Positions 26,468-35,352 of a stretch of DNA of 64,000 nucleotides are shown piece by piece. Position 1 is the first letter of the stretch; each line of letters opens with the position of its first letter. The stretch is taken from positions 21,752 to 85,751 of the forward strand of contig JAFDZF010000035.1 in NCBI GenBank assembly GCA_018267055.1. Direction: 5' to 3'. Under the pieces are notes generated by a model. That model ran no database searches. It was not told the DNA's origin and saw only the letters and a list, made by a program, of their open reading frames with translations. The stretch comes from Bacteroidota bacterium (lineage in GTDB: Bacteria; Bacteroidota; Bacteroidia; Flavobacteriales_F; PHOS-HE28). A program made the translations under genes and the position numbers.

Positions 26468-27394
26468 CTACTGCTCCAGCTTCGCCAGCACGTGGCGCGT
26501 GAAGAGCAGGGCGCCGTCCGCGTTGAAGTGGCTGTAGTCCGAGAACAGCTCGTCCGGCCAGGGGCGGTCGTTGCCGTCCACCACGGTATGGCCGAGCGGC
26601 GCCAGGATCGCGCGCAGGCGGTCCACATGGGCACGCACCCGGGCACGCAGGGCATCGTCCATCAGGCCTTCGCGGAAGGGCACGTGCACCCAGATCAGCT
26701 TCGTGCCCTGCGCCTGCAGGCGCCTGCCCAGGTCGGCCACGGTGGCGTAAGCACTGTCCACCATGGCATCCGGCGGCGGCGGCGGGTGCTGCCAGCGGGC
26801 CTTCGCCCGGCGTTCGGGCGGCACGTCCAGCGTGGAGCCCCCGCCGGCATCGAACCGCAGGTACTCGTAATTGCCCGGGTCGGTGGCGCGGATGCGGTTG
26901 CTCTCCATCTGCCGCAGGTAATAGCTGGGATGCGGCCGGCGCAGGTAGGCCACCGGCTCGCTCTCTCCCCAGAGGTAGCGCGCCACGGCGGCGCTGTCCA
27001 GCGGCATGCCGGGCAGCTCGGTGCTGAACTCCATCAGGTTGGTGCAGACGATCACCACCGGCGCCGGCTGCCGCGCCTGCAACACCGCGACCAGGGAACG
27101 CGTGTTGTCCAGTCCGAAGCCCCAGGTGCCGAAGTTCAGGTACGGCACCGGACCGAAGTGCTCCCGCACCGCCTGCGTGGACAGGTTGTTCAGGGTCATG
27201 CTCGATCCCGCCGCGTACACGCTGAGCCGTTCGGGACCCGTGCGCTTGAAGAGCCGCAGTTTCTCGTTCAGGGAGATGTTCGAGGTGATGCGCGGGGCCG
27301 GGAACGTGTCGCGGTAGCTGTACGCATAGAGCACGATCCCCAGCAGCACCGGGAGGCCCAGCAGCACCGTTTGCTTGAGGAACGTGCGCACCAT
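26468..27394 (-). CDS. SGNH/DltD-AlgJ-PatB-like membrane-anchored partner of MBOAT (copy 1)
   Basis: N-terminal TM helix. A block I-like GSSMTLNN and a C-terminal DYSHFNADG (Asp-x-x-His) are present. It sits immediately downstream of the MBOAT gene. Confidence 0.72.
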   Translation of the reverse strand: MVRTFLKQTVLLGLPVLLGIVLYAYSYRDTFPAPRITSNISLNEKLRLFKRTGPERLSVYAAGSSMTLNNLSTQAVREHFGPVPYLNFGTWGFGLDNTRSLVAVLQARQPAPVVIVCTNLMEFSTELPGMPLDSAAVARYLWGESEPVAYLRRPHPSYYLRQMESNRIRATDPGNYEYLRFDAGGGSTLDVPPERRAKARWQHPPPPPDAMVDSAYATVADLGRRLQAQGTKLIWVHVPFREGLMDDALRARVRAHVDRLRAILAPLGHTVVDGNDRPWPDELFSDYSHFNADGALLFTRHVLAKLEQ

Positions 27395-27397
27395 GGC

Positions 27398-28846
27398 TCA
27401 GAACTGGAAGTAGATGAAGTCGCCCCCGTCCGAGGGCGCGTACAGCACGATGAGCGCCACCAGCCCGTAATAGAGCGCCAGGCGCAGCGGGCGGCTCCAG
27501 CGTCCGTCCAGCTGCAGGCCGTGCTCGCGCCCGCGGTTCATCCATTCCAGCACGAGCATGATGGCCGTCCCCAGGACGAAGATCTTCAGGCTCTTGGGCC
27601 GTTCGAGCGGCGGCAGGCTGAACAGGCTGTCGGAGGCCATCCGATCGAACGCCAGCAGGGCATGGTCCAGCGACGTGGCGCGGAAGAACACCCAGGCGAT
27701 GCAGACCAGCATGAAGGTGAAGGCCATGCCGCCGGCTTCGCGCAGGGAGGGCAGCCACCGCCATTCCGCCGGCGGGCGCACGTAGCGCTTGCGGTCGCCG
27801 AAGAACACCAGCGGCAGGAAGAACAGCGCGCTCACCACGCCCCACACCACGAAGTGCCAGGCCGCCCCATGCCACAGGCCGCTCACGGCGAAGATGATGA
27901 AGGTGTTGCGCGCCACCGCCCAGCGCCCGCCCCGACTGCCGCCCAGGGGGATGTACAGGTAATCGCGGAACCAGGTGTTCAGGCTGATGTGCCAGCGCTG
28001 CCAGAACTCCGCCACCGAGCGCGAGAAATAGGGGTAGGCGAAGTTGCGCATGAGCTCGAAGCCGAACAGCTTGGCGATGCCCAGCGCCATGTCCGAATAG
28101 CCGGAGAAATCGCAATAGATCTGGAAGGCGAAGATCACCGTGGCGAGCAGGTGCGCGCTGCCGCCGTAGGCCGCCGGGTCGCCGAAGACCAGGTCGGGGT
28201 AGAACGAGCAGTTGTCGGCGATCACCACCTTCTTGAACAGCCCCCAGAGGATCTGCCGCAGGCCGTCGCGGGCCAGGTCGGTCCGGAAGGTGCGCGGCCG
28301 CTCGAACTGCGGCACCATGTGGCGCGCGCGCTCGATGGGGCCCGCGAGCAGCTGGGAGAAGAAGCCGACGAAGGCGAAGAACGTGATGGGGTCGCGCGTG
28401 GCCTCCAGGTCGCGGCGGTACACGTCGATGGTGTAGCTCAGGCTCTGGAACGTGTAGAAGCTGATGCCCACCGGCAGCACGATGTGGAGCGTGTGCAGGT
28501 CGGGCGCATGGCCCAGGAAGGTGAACGCCCGGTGGAAGCCCTCGGCGAAGAAGTTGTAGTACTTGAAGAAGCCCAGCAGCCCCAGGTTCGCCGCCAGGCT
28601 GAGGCCCAGGAGGAGCTTGCGCCGGGCGGGGCGCTCCACCCGCATCAGGCCCCGCGCCACCAGGTAGTCCACCCCGGAGGTGAACAGCAGCAGGCCGAGG
28701 AAGCGCCAGTCCCACCAGCCGTAGAAGACCACCCCGGCGGCGATCAGCAGCAGGTTCTGCAGCCGCAGCGGACGCTCGAACACATACCAATAGAGCAGGA
28801 ACACGATCGGCAGGAAGACCGCGAACTCTATGGAATTGAAGAGCAT
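27398..28846 (-). CDS. MBOAT family O-acyltransferase (AlgI/DltB/PatA-like), copy 1
   Basis: MLFNSIEF...PVGISFYTFQSLSYTIDVYRR...WRRWHISLNTWFRDYLYIPLGGSR, including the conserved MBOAT His. Confidence 0.9.
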   Translation of the reverse strand: MLFNSIEFAVFLPIVFLLYWYVFERPLRLQNLLLIAAGVVFYGWWDWRFLGLLLFTSGVDYLVARGLMRVERPARRKLLLGLSLAANLGLLGFFKYYNFFAEGFHRAFTFLGHAPDLHTLHIVLPVGISFYTFQSLSYTIDVYRRDLEATRDPITFFAFVGFFSQLLAGPIERARHMVPQFERPRTFRTDLARDGLRQILWGLFKKVVIADNCSFYPDLVFGDPAAYGGSAHLLATVIFAFQIYCDFSGYSDMALGIAKLFGFELMRNFAYPYFSRSVAEFWQRWHISLNTWFRDYLYIPLGGSRGGRWAVARNTFIIFAVSGLWHGAAWHFVVWGVVSALFFLPLVFFGDRKRYVRPPAEWRWLPSLREAGGMAFTFMLVCIAWVFFRATSLDHALLAFDRMASDSLFSLPPLERPKSLKIFVLGTAIMLVLEWMNRGREHGLQLDGRWSRPLRLALYYGLVALIVLYAPSDGGDFIYFQF

Positions 28847-28942
28847 GGAGGGGTGTTCCTCACGCCGCCCCGCCGATGCCAGGGATCGGGCCGAGGGCGG
28901 CAGTGTACTGAACGCATAAGGACGCCCGGCGGTTGCCAGGAG

Positions 28943-29857
28943 TCACTCCGCCAGCGCGTGCCGTGTGAAAAGATACGCCCCCTGCGCGTTGAGGTGCCCG
29001 TAGTCGCAGAAGAGGCTGTCGGCCCACAGGGCGTCGGTGCCGTCGTCGAACCGGTGGCCGTGGGCGGCCAGGATCGTCCACACGCGGCGCTTGTGCGCGG
29101 CCACGTCCGCCTCCACCGTCACCGAGCGCACCCCCTGGCGATAGGGGGACTGGATGAGGATGAAGCGCACGTGGCGGCGTTCCAGGTAGGCCGCCAGCCG
29201 TTCCAGGGCGCGGTACTGCTCCTCCGACAGCTCATCCAGCCGCGGCGGCCGCTTGTCGAACCGCTCCTGGTCGATGCGGTCCTTGGGCACGTTCAGCTGC
29301 ACCCCGCCCCAGGGATCGAAGACCAGGCGCTCATAGTTGCCCGCATCGTTCATGCGCACCGCGTTCAGCTCCATCTGGCGCAGGTAGTAGCCGGCGTCGC
29401 GGGCGTGCAGGTAGGCATCGGCCTCGCTCCACTTCACCAGGTAGTTCGCCATGCGGGTGCTGTCCACCACGTAGCGCTCGGCGTTCGCGCTGAAATCGCC
29501 CAGGTTGGTCACCATCAGCACCACCGACGGACGCACCAGCGGCACGATGTCCTCGGCCAGCTCGAAGCTCTGCGCCAGGTCGGTGCCCCAGGCGCCCATG
29601 TTCAGGTAGCTGCTGTCGTGGAAGGCCTCCAGCACCGCGCGGCTGCTCAGGTTGTTCAGGGTCATGCTCGACCCCAGGGCCAGCAGGTGGATCGGCTGGC
29701 CGCGCCGCTGCTTCAGCATCCGCAGCTTCGCGTTCAGCGAGATGTTGTTGGTGATGCGCGGGGCCGGCACGTAGGCGCGGTAATGCCAGATGTAGCCGGC
29801 GATCCCCGCCAGCGCGAGCAGGCCGAAGAGCAGGGCATGGAGGAGGAAGCGGCGCAT
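28943..29857 (-). CDS. SGNH/DltD-AlgJ-PatB-like membrane-anchored partner of MBOAT (copy 2)
   Basis: Paralog of 26468..27394 (APRITNNISLNAKLR, GSSMTLNN, DYGHLNAQG). Its start shares one base with the MBOAT copy 2 stop. Confidence 0.72.
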   Translation of the reverse strand: MRRFLLHALLFGLLALAGIAGYIWHYRAYVPAPRITNNISLNAKLRMLKQRRGQPIHLLALGSSMTLNNLSSRAVLEAFHDSSYLNMGAWGTDLAQSFELAEDIVPLVRPSVVLMVTNLGDFSANAERYVVDSTRMANYLVKWSEADAYLHARDAGYYLRQMELNAVRMNDAGNYERLVFDPWGGVQLNVPKDRIDQERFDKRPPRLDELSEEQYRALERLAAYLERRHVRFILIQSPYRQGVRSVTVEADVAAHKRRVWTILAAHGHRFDDGTDALWADSLFCDYGHLNAQGAYLFTRHALAE

Positions 29858-31302
29858 CAGAACTGGAAATAGATGAACTCGGCCCCGCCCATGGGCGCAT
29901 AGGCCACGATGACCGCCACCACGAAAAGGTAGATCGCCCAGCGCAACGCACGGGGCGTCCCCGCCTCCAGCTGTAGCCCGTGCTGCTTGCGCCGCTGCAC
30001 GTACTCCACGGCGAACATCCCCCCGGCCAGGGCCAGGCATTCATACAGGTAACCGGTGTACGGCAATCCGAGCGGGGCGAACAGGCTGGCCGAGAACATC
30101 CGCTCCAGCATCGTCCACGCGGTATGCAGGTCCGGCGAGCGGAAGAACACGCGGGTGAAGGCGATCATCACGAAGGTGACCACCAGGTGGCGCAGCTCGA
30201 AGAACGTGGGCAGGACCCGGTCCTGGGCGATCACGTCCAGGAAGCGCCGGTGCCGGCGGCGTAGGATCGAGGGCAGGAAGTACAGCCCGTTGATGGCGCC
30301 CCAGATCACGAAGGTCCAGTTGGCCCCGTGCCAGAAGCCGCTCACCAGGAAGATCGCCATCGTGTTGCGCGCCACCAGCCAGCGCCCGCCCCGGCTGCCG
30401 CCCAAGGGGATGTACAGGTAGTCGCGGAACCAGGTGTTCAGGCTGATGTGCCAGCGCCGCCAGTACTCGCCCACGTCGCGGGCGAACAGCGGGAAGGCGA
30501 AGTTCCGCACCAGGTCGAAGCCCAGCAGCCGCGCGCTGCCCAGGGCGATGTCCGAATAGCCGGAGAAATCGCTGTAGATCTGGAAGGTGAAGAGCAGGGT
30601 GGCCAGCACGGCCGCGCTGCCCGTATGGCCCGACGGGTCGCCGTAGACCATGTCCACGAAGTAGGCGCAGTTGTCGGCCACCACCACCTTCTTGAACAGC
30701 CCCCAGAGGATCTGCCGCAGGCCGTCGCGCGCCTGCGCCTCGTTGAAGACGCGCGGGGCCTGGAACTGCGGCAGCAGGTGGTAGGCCCGCTCGATCGGGC
30801 CGGCCATCAGCTGCGGGAAGAAGAGGATGAACGGGAAATAGTCCAGCGGATGGCGGCAGGCCCGCATCTGCCGGCGGTACACGTCGATGGTGTAGCTCAG
30901 GCTCTGGAACGTGTAGAAGCTGATGCCCACCGGCAGCACCAGGTGCAGCGTGGACAGGCCCAGCGGGCGGCCCAACAGCGTGAACGCCTCGTTGAAGTTC
31001 GTGACGAAGAAGTCGTAGTACTTGAAGAAGCCCAGCAGGCCCAGGTTCGTCACCAGGCTGACCGCCAGCAGGGCCTTGCGCCGCGCCTTGGCCTCGGTGC
31101 GCTCCAGGGCGATGGCCACCACGTAATCGATGCCCGCGCTGAAGAACACCAGCCCCAGGTAGCGCCAGTCCCACCAGGCATAGAAGAAGGCGCTGGCGGT
31201 GAAGAGGAAGGCGTTCTGCAGGCGCCGCGACCGGCGGAGCGCCCAGTACAGCAGGAACACCACCGGCAGGAAGATCCCGAACTCGATCGAGTTGAACAGC
31301 AT
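29857..31302 (-). CDS. MBOAT family O-acyltransferase, copy 2
   Basis: Colinear paralog of 27398..28846 with the same motifs. Both proteins end in FIYFQF. Confidence 0.9.
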   Translation of the reverse strand: MLFNSIEFGIFLPVVFLLYWALRRSRRLQNAFLFTASAFFYAWWDWRYLGLVFFSAGIDYVVAIALERTEAKARRKALLAVSLVTNLGLLGFFKYYDFFVTNFNEAFTLLGRPLGLSTLHLVLPVGISFYTFQSLSYTIDVYRRQMRACRHPLDYFPFILFFPQLMAGPIERAYHLLPQFQAPRVFNEAQARDGLRQILWGLFKKVVVADNCAYFVDMVYGDPSGHTGSAAVLATLLFTFQIYSDFSGYSDIALGSARLLGFDLVRNFAFPLFARDVGEYWRRWHISLNTWFRDYLYIPLGGSRGGRWLVARNTMAIFLVSGFWHGANWTFVIWGAINGLYFLPSILRRRHRRFLDVIAQDRVLPTFFELRHLVVTFVMIAFTRVFFRSPDLHTAWTMLERMFSASLFAPLGLPYTGYLYECLALAGGMFAVEYVQRRKQHGLQLEAGTPRALRWAIYLFVVAVIVAYAPMGGAEFIYFQF

Positions 31303-31548
31303 GCCCGCAGCGGTGGTGGACCGAACGCCTCGACGAAGGTGCCCTTCCCGGCGACGGACCGGTGGCTCCCGCCGTCCAGGTTTTCCATGCGGGCCTGTTC
31401 ACGCCGCGGGAATATCGGCCCCTGAAAAGCCCCGGACCGCCGCCCCGCCGCGGCCGCTCCATCGCCCGGATCGCCCGCCCCGTCGCCTGCCTGACATTCC
31501 CGTGACGCTGGCCGGACCCCCGTGTTGGACCTTCGCGACCCGGAACGC

Positions 31549-32796
31549 ATGACCTCGTTCACCGTCCTCAGCATCGACCACCAGCGCGTCCCGCTGGAGC
31601 TCATCGGGCGCTTCCATGGGGACGAACAGGAACTGCGCGCATCGGGCGAGCGCCTGCGGGCGGCCGGCCTGGTGCAGGAATGCATGGTCATCGCCACCTG
31701 CAACCGCGCCGAGCTGGTCTTCACCGCCGGGACGGCCGCCAAGGACGTGCAGGGCCTCATCGCCGCCTGGCGCCCCGGCCTGGATGCGGCCACCCGCGAG
31801 CAGGCCACCGCCGCCGCCCGGCTGTACACCGGGGATGCCGCCGTGCACCACCTCCTCAGCGTGGCCTCCTCCCTGGAGAGCCTCGTCATCGGCGAGCGCG
31901 AGATCCTGGCCCAGGTGCGCGACCAGTACGAGCGCTGCCGCTCGCTGGGCCTCACCGGCGACGGCCTCCGCCTGCTGATGAAGCAGCTGGTGACCACCGC
32001 CAAGCGCGTCTATACCGAGACCAGCATCGCCAGCCGGCCCGTGAGCGTGGTCAGCCTGGCCTACCGCCAGCTGCGCGACCTGGGGGTGAAGAAGGACGCG
32101 CGCTTTCTCATCATCGGCGCCGGCAAGACCTGCGCCGACATGTGCCGCTATCTGCGCAAGCACGGCTTCCGCGACCTGCACATCTTCAACCGCACCTTCA
32201 GCAAGGCCAACGCCCTCACCCAGGAGGTGGGCGGCGAGGCCTACCCGCTGGACGAGCTGTGCGCCTACACGGACGGCTTCGACGTGCTCATCAGCGGCAT
32301 CGGGCGGGGCACGCCCATCGTGGACAAGTCCCTTTTCCGCCAGCTCACCGGCGGCATGGCCAAGCACCGCGTGATGGTGGACCTCGCCATCCCGCACGAC
32401 ATCGTGCCGGACTGCTTCGGCCAGGAGCCGGTGCGCCTGGTCCGCATCGAGGACCTGAACGCACAGGCCGAGGAGAACCGCAGCGCTCGACAGCAGGAGA
32501 TCGGGGCCTGCCTGCGCATCGTGGAGGAAGGCGTGGCCGAGTTCCGCGCCCTGGCGAAGGAGCGCCGCGTGGAGCGGGCCATGAGCGCCGTGCCCGAGGA
32601 GGTGCGCGCCATGCGCGAGCGGACGGTGCGCGAGGTGTTCGCCGACGACCTGGCCACGCTCGACCCCCATGCCCGCGCGGTGTTCGATCGCGTGCTGGAC
32701 CACATGGAACGCAAGTACATCAGCATCCCGATGAAGCTCGCCAAGGAGCTCATCCTGGAGGAGACGAAGCGTTCGGCCGAGGCTGGACGCCCATGA
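31549..32796 (+). CDS. hemA: Glutamyl-tRNA reductase
   Basis: SIDHQRVPLELIG...ATCNRAEL...VSVVSLA...IIGAGK motifs. Confidence 0.9.
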   Translation: MTSFTVLSIDHQRVPLELIGRFHGDEQELRASGERLRAAGLVQECMVIATCNRAELVFTAGTAAKDVQGLIAAWRPGLDAATREQATAAARLYTGDAAVHHLLSVASSLESLVIGEREILAQVRDQYERCRSLGLTGDGLRLLMKQLVTTAKRVYTETSIASRPVSVVSLAYRQLRDLGVKKDARFLIIGAGKTCADMCRYLRKHGFRDLHIFNRTFSKANALTQEVGGEAYPLDELCAYTDGFDVLISGIGRGTPIVDKSLFRQLTGGMAKHRVMVDLAIPHDIVPDCFGQEPVRLVRIEDLNAQAEENRSARQQEIGACLRIVEEGVAEFRALAKERRVERAMSAVPEEVRAMRERTVREVFADDLATLDPHARAVFDRVLDHMERKYISIPMKLAKELILEETKRSAEAGRP

Positions 32797-34361
32797 ACGA
32801 CCCCTTCCGCATCGGCACTCGCGGCAGCCGGCTGGCCCTCTGGCAGGCCGAGCACATCGCCGCGCGGCTCCAGGCCTTCGGCCACCCCTGCGAGCTGCGC
32901 ATCATCAGCACCAAGGGCGACCGCGTGCAGGACCTCAGCTTCGACAAGCTCGAAGGCAAGGGCTTCTTCACCAAGGAACTGGAGGAGGCCCTGTTCGCCG
33001 GCACCATCGACCTGGCCGTGCATTCCTGCAAGGACCTGGAGACGCGCGGCCCCGAGGGGCTGGCCATCACCGCCATCGCAGGGCGCGCGGCGGGCGAAGA
33101 GCTGATCCTGGTCCGGCCCGACGCCGTGGACCCCGGCCGCCCGCTCTTCGTGCGGGAAGGCGCCGTGGTGGGCACCTCCTCCGCGCGCCGCAAGGCCCAG
33201 CTGCGGGCGTTCCGCCCCGACGTGCTCATCCGCGACCTGCGCGGCAACGTGCCCACCCGTGTGGACAAGTTGCGCAACGGCGAGCACGACGCCATCCTGC
33301 TGGCCAAGGCCGGCATCGACCGCCTGGGGCTCGACCTGGATGGGCTGCACGTGCAGGTGCTCGACCCGCGCCTCTTCGTGCCCGCCCCCGCGCAGGGAGC
33401 GCTCGCGGTGCAGACCCGCGCCGACGATGAACGCGTGAACGCCGCCGTGCGGCAGCTGCACGATCCCGCCGCGGCCCTTACCGCCGGCTGCGAGCGCGAG
33501 GTGCTGCGCGCCTACCATGGCGGCTGCCAGGTGCCCCTGGGGGTGCACGTGGCGGCCGCCGGCGCAGGGCTCTCGCTCTGGGCCGCCGCCGCACCGCGCG
33601 CCGACGGCATGCCGCGCTGGATCCACCTCACCGGCACCGACCCCGACCACCTGGCGCACGAAGCCGTGATGCGCCTCCAAGGGCCCGCACGCCCCTTGCG
33701 CGTAACGATGACCCGCGCGGTGCAGGGCGACGAGCTGATGGCGCGCGCGCTGCATGCCCACGGCCTCATGCTGAACGGGCTGCCGCTCTTCGAGCCCCTG
33801 CCCCTGTCGTTCGACCCGGTGACCGGCCACGACCGCACCTTCTTCACCTCCCGCAACGCCGTGCGCTTCTTCGTGGACGGTGGCGGCGACCTCCGCGATG
33901 CCCCCAACGATGCCGTGGGGCCCGGCACGGCCGACGAGCTGCGCAAGCACGGCGTGGAGCCCGGCTTCGTGGGCGAAGGGCCCGACACGACGGCGATCGC
34001 CGCGGCCTACGCGGAGCGCTTCGGCGGCCTGCACATCCTCTTCCCCTGCGCCGAGGAGGGGCAACGCACCGTGCAGCGGGCCCTGCCCGAGGCGAACGTC
34101 ATCGAGGTGCACGTGTACGCCATGCGCCCGCTGGAGGAAGCGGACGTGCCGTTCACGGACGTCGCGGTCCTCACCAGCCCCGACAATGCGGAGGCGTTCC
34201 ACGCCCTGCAGCCGCTGGAAGAGGTGCCGCACCTGGTCGCCATGGGCACCAGCACCGCACGGCGCATCCACGAGCTGAGCGGGCGCGACGCGATCATCCC
34301 CTGGGCCAGCAGCGAGATGGCCCTGCTCAATGCCGTCCTCCACCTCGCCACCGCACCCTGA
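32793..34361 (+). CDS. hemC-hemD: Fused hydroxymethylbilane synthase / uroporphyrinogen-III synthase
   Basis: The start MNDPFRIGTRGSRLALWQA overlaps the hemA stop (ATGA). The HemC part includes GGCQVPLG. From about nt 33700 there is a HemD-like half (FTSRNAVRFF...VLTSPDNAEAF...GTSTARRI). The 893-aa track ORF 31680..34361 is an out-of-frame read-through of hemA upstream of 32793. Confidence 0.87.
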   Translation: MNDPFRIGTRGSRLALWQAEHIAARLQAFGHPCELRIISTKGDRVQDLSFDKLEGKGFFTKELEEALFAGTIDLAVHSCKDLETRGPEGLAITAIAGRAAGEELILVRPDAVDPGRPLFVREGAVVGTSSARRKAQLRAFRPDVLIRDLRGNVPTRVDKLRNGEHDAILLAKAGIDRLGLDLDGLHVQVLDPRLFVPAPAQGALAVQTRADDERVNAAVRQLHDPAAALTAGCEREVLRAYHGGCQVPLGVHVAAAGAGLSLWAAAAPRADGMPRWIHLTGTDPDHLAHEAVMRLQGPARPLRVTMTRAVQGDELMARALHAHGLMLNGLPLFEPLPLSFDPVTGHDRTFFTSRNAVRFFVDGGGDLRDAPNDAVGPGTADELRKHGVEPGFVGEGPDTTAIAAAYAERFGGLHILFPCAEEGQRTVQRALPEANVIEVHVYAMRPLEEADVPFTDVAVLTSPDNAEAFHALQPLEEVPHLVAMGTSTARRIHELSGRDAIIPWASSEMALLNAVLHLATAP

Positions 34362-34365
34362 ACCG

Positions 34366-35340
34366 ATGGACCTGCTGCACCGCCCCCGCCGCCTGCGCAA
34401 GAACGATGCGATCCGCGATGCCGTCGCGGAGACACGCCTGCACCCCGCACAGTTCATCCAGCCCTACTTCGTGAAGCCCGGCAGCGGCTACCGCGACCCC
34501 ATCGCGGCGATGCCCGGCATCTGCCACTTCACCACCGATACGCTGGTGAAGGACGTGGAGGCCGGCCTGCAACTGGGGCTCGACAAGGTGCTGCTCTTCG
34601 GCGTGAAGGAGCCCAAGAGCGAAGAGGGCGAGGCCGCGTGGAGCGAGCGCAGCGTGGTGCCCGGCGCCGTCCGCGCGCTGAAACAGGCCTTCGGCAGCGA
34701 CCTGTACGTGATCACCGACGTGTGCCTCTGCGCCTACACCACGCACGGCCATTGCGGCCTGGTGCACGACCACGAGGTGGTGAACGACGCGAGCGTGGAG
34801 CGGCTCACGCGCATGGCGCTGGCGCACGCCCAGGCCGGCGCCGACATGGTGGCCCCCAGCGACATGATGGACGGTCGCGTGGGCGCCATCCGCCGGCACC
34901 TGGACGCGCAGGGCTTCACCGGCACGGCGCTCATGAGCTATGCCGCCAAGTTCGCCAGCGCCTACTACGGACCCTTCCGGGAAGCGGCGGGTTCCGCTCC
35001 CGGGTTCGGCGACCGCCGCAGCTACCAGATGGACCCCCGCAACGGGCGCGAAGCCCTGCGGGAAGCCCTCCTCGACGAGCAGGAAGGCGCCGATGTGCTG
35101 ATGGTGAAGCCCGCCCTCGCCTACCTCGACGTGCTGGCACGGCTGCGCGCGCGCACCGACCTGCCCCTGGCCTGCTACAACGTGAGCGCGGAGTACAGCC
35201 TGGTGAAGACCGCGGCCGCGGCCGGCCTGGTGGACGAGCGCCGGATGACGCTGGAGAACCTGCACGCCTTCGCGCGGGCCGGCGCCGACCTCATCATCAC
35301 CTACCACGGCCGCGAGGTGCTGGAGCAGCGCTGGCTCTGA
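34366..35340 (+). CDS. hemB: Porphobilinogen synthase (delta-aminolevulinate dehydratase)
   Basis: HRPRRLRKNDAIR...DVCLCAYTTHGHCG...PSDMMDGRV...KPALAYLD motifs. Confidence 0.92.
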   Translation: MDLLHRPRRLRKNDAIRDAVAETRLHPAQFIQPYFVKPGSGYRDPIAAMPGICHFTTDTLVKDVEAGLQLGLDKVLLFGVKEPKSEEGEAAWSERSVVPGAVRALKQAFGSDLYVITDVCLCAYTTHGHCGLVHDHEVVNDASVERLTRMALAHAQAGADMVAPSDMMDGRVGAIRRHLDAQGFTGTALMSYAAKFASAYYGPFREAAGSAPGFGDRRSYQMDPRNGREALREALLDEQEGADVLMVKPALAYLDVLARLRARTDLPLACYNVSAEYSLVKTAAAAGLVDERRMTLENLHAFARAGADLIITYHGREVLEQRWL

Positions 35341-35352
35341 TCCGCCGGGCGC

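Noticed and set aside
31680-32792. The N-terminal 370 aa of the 893-aa track ORF 31680..34361.
   Set aside because: This part is an alternative frame of hemA and translates to a Pro/Arg/Gly-rich string. The real gene starts at the ATG at 32793 (MNDPFRIGTRGSRLALWQ), which overlaps the hemA stop.
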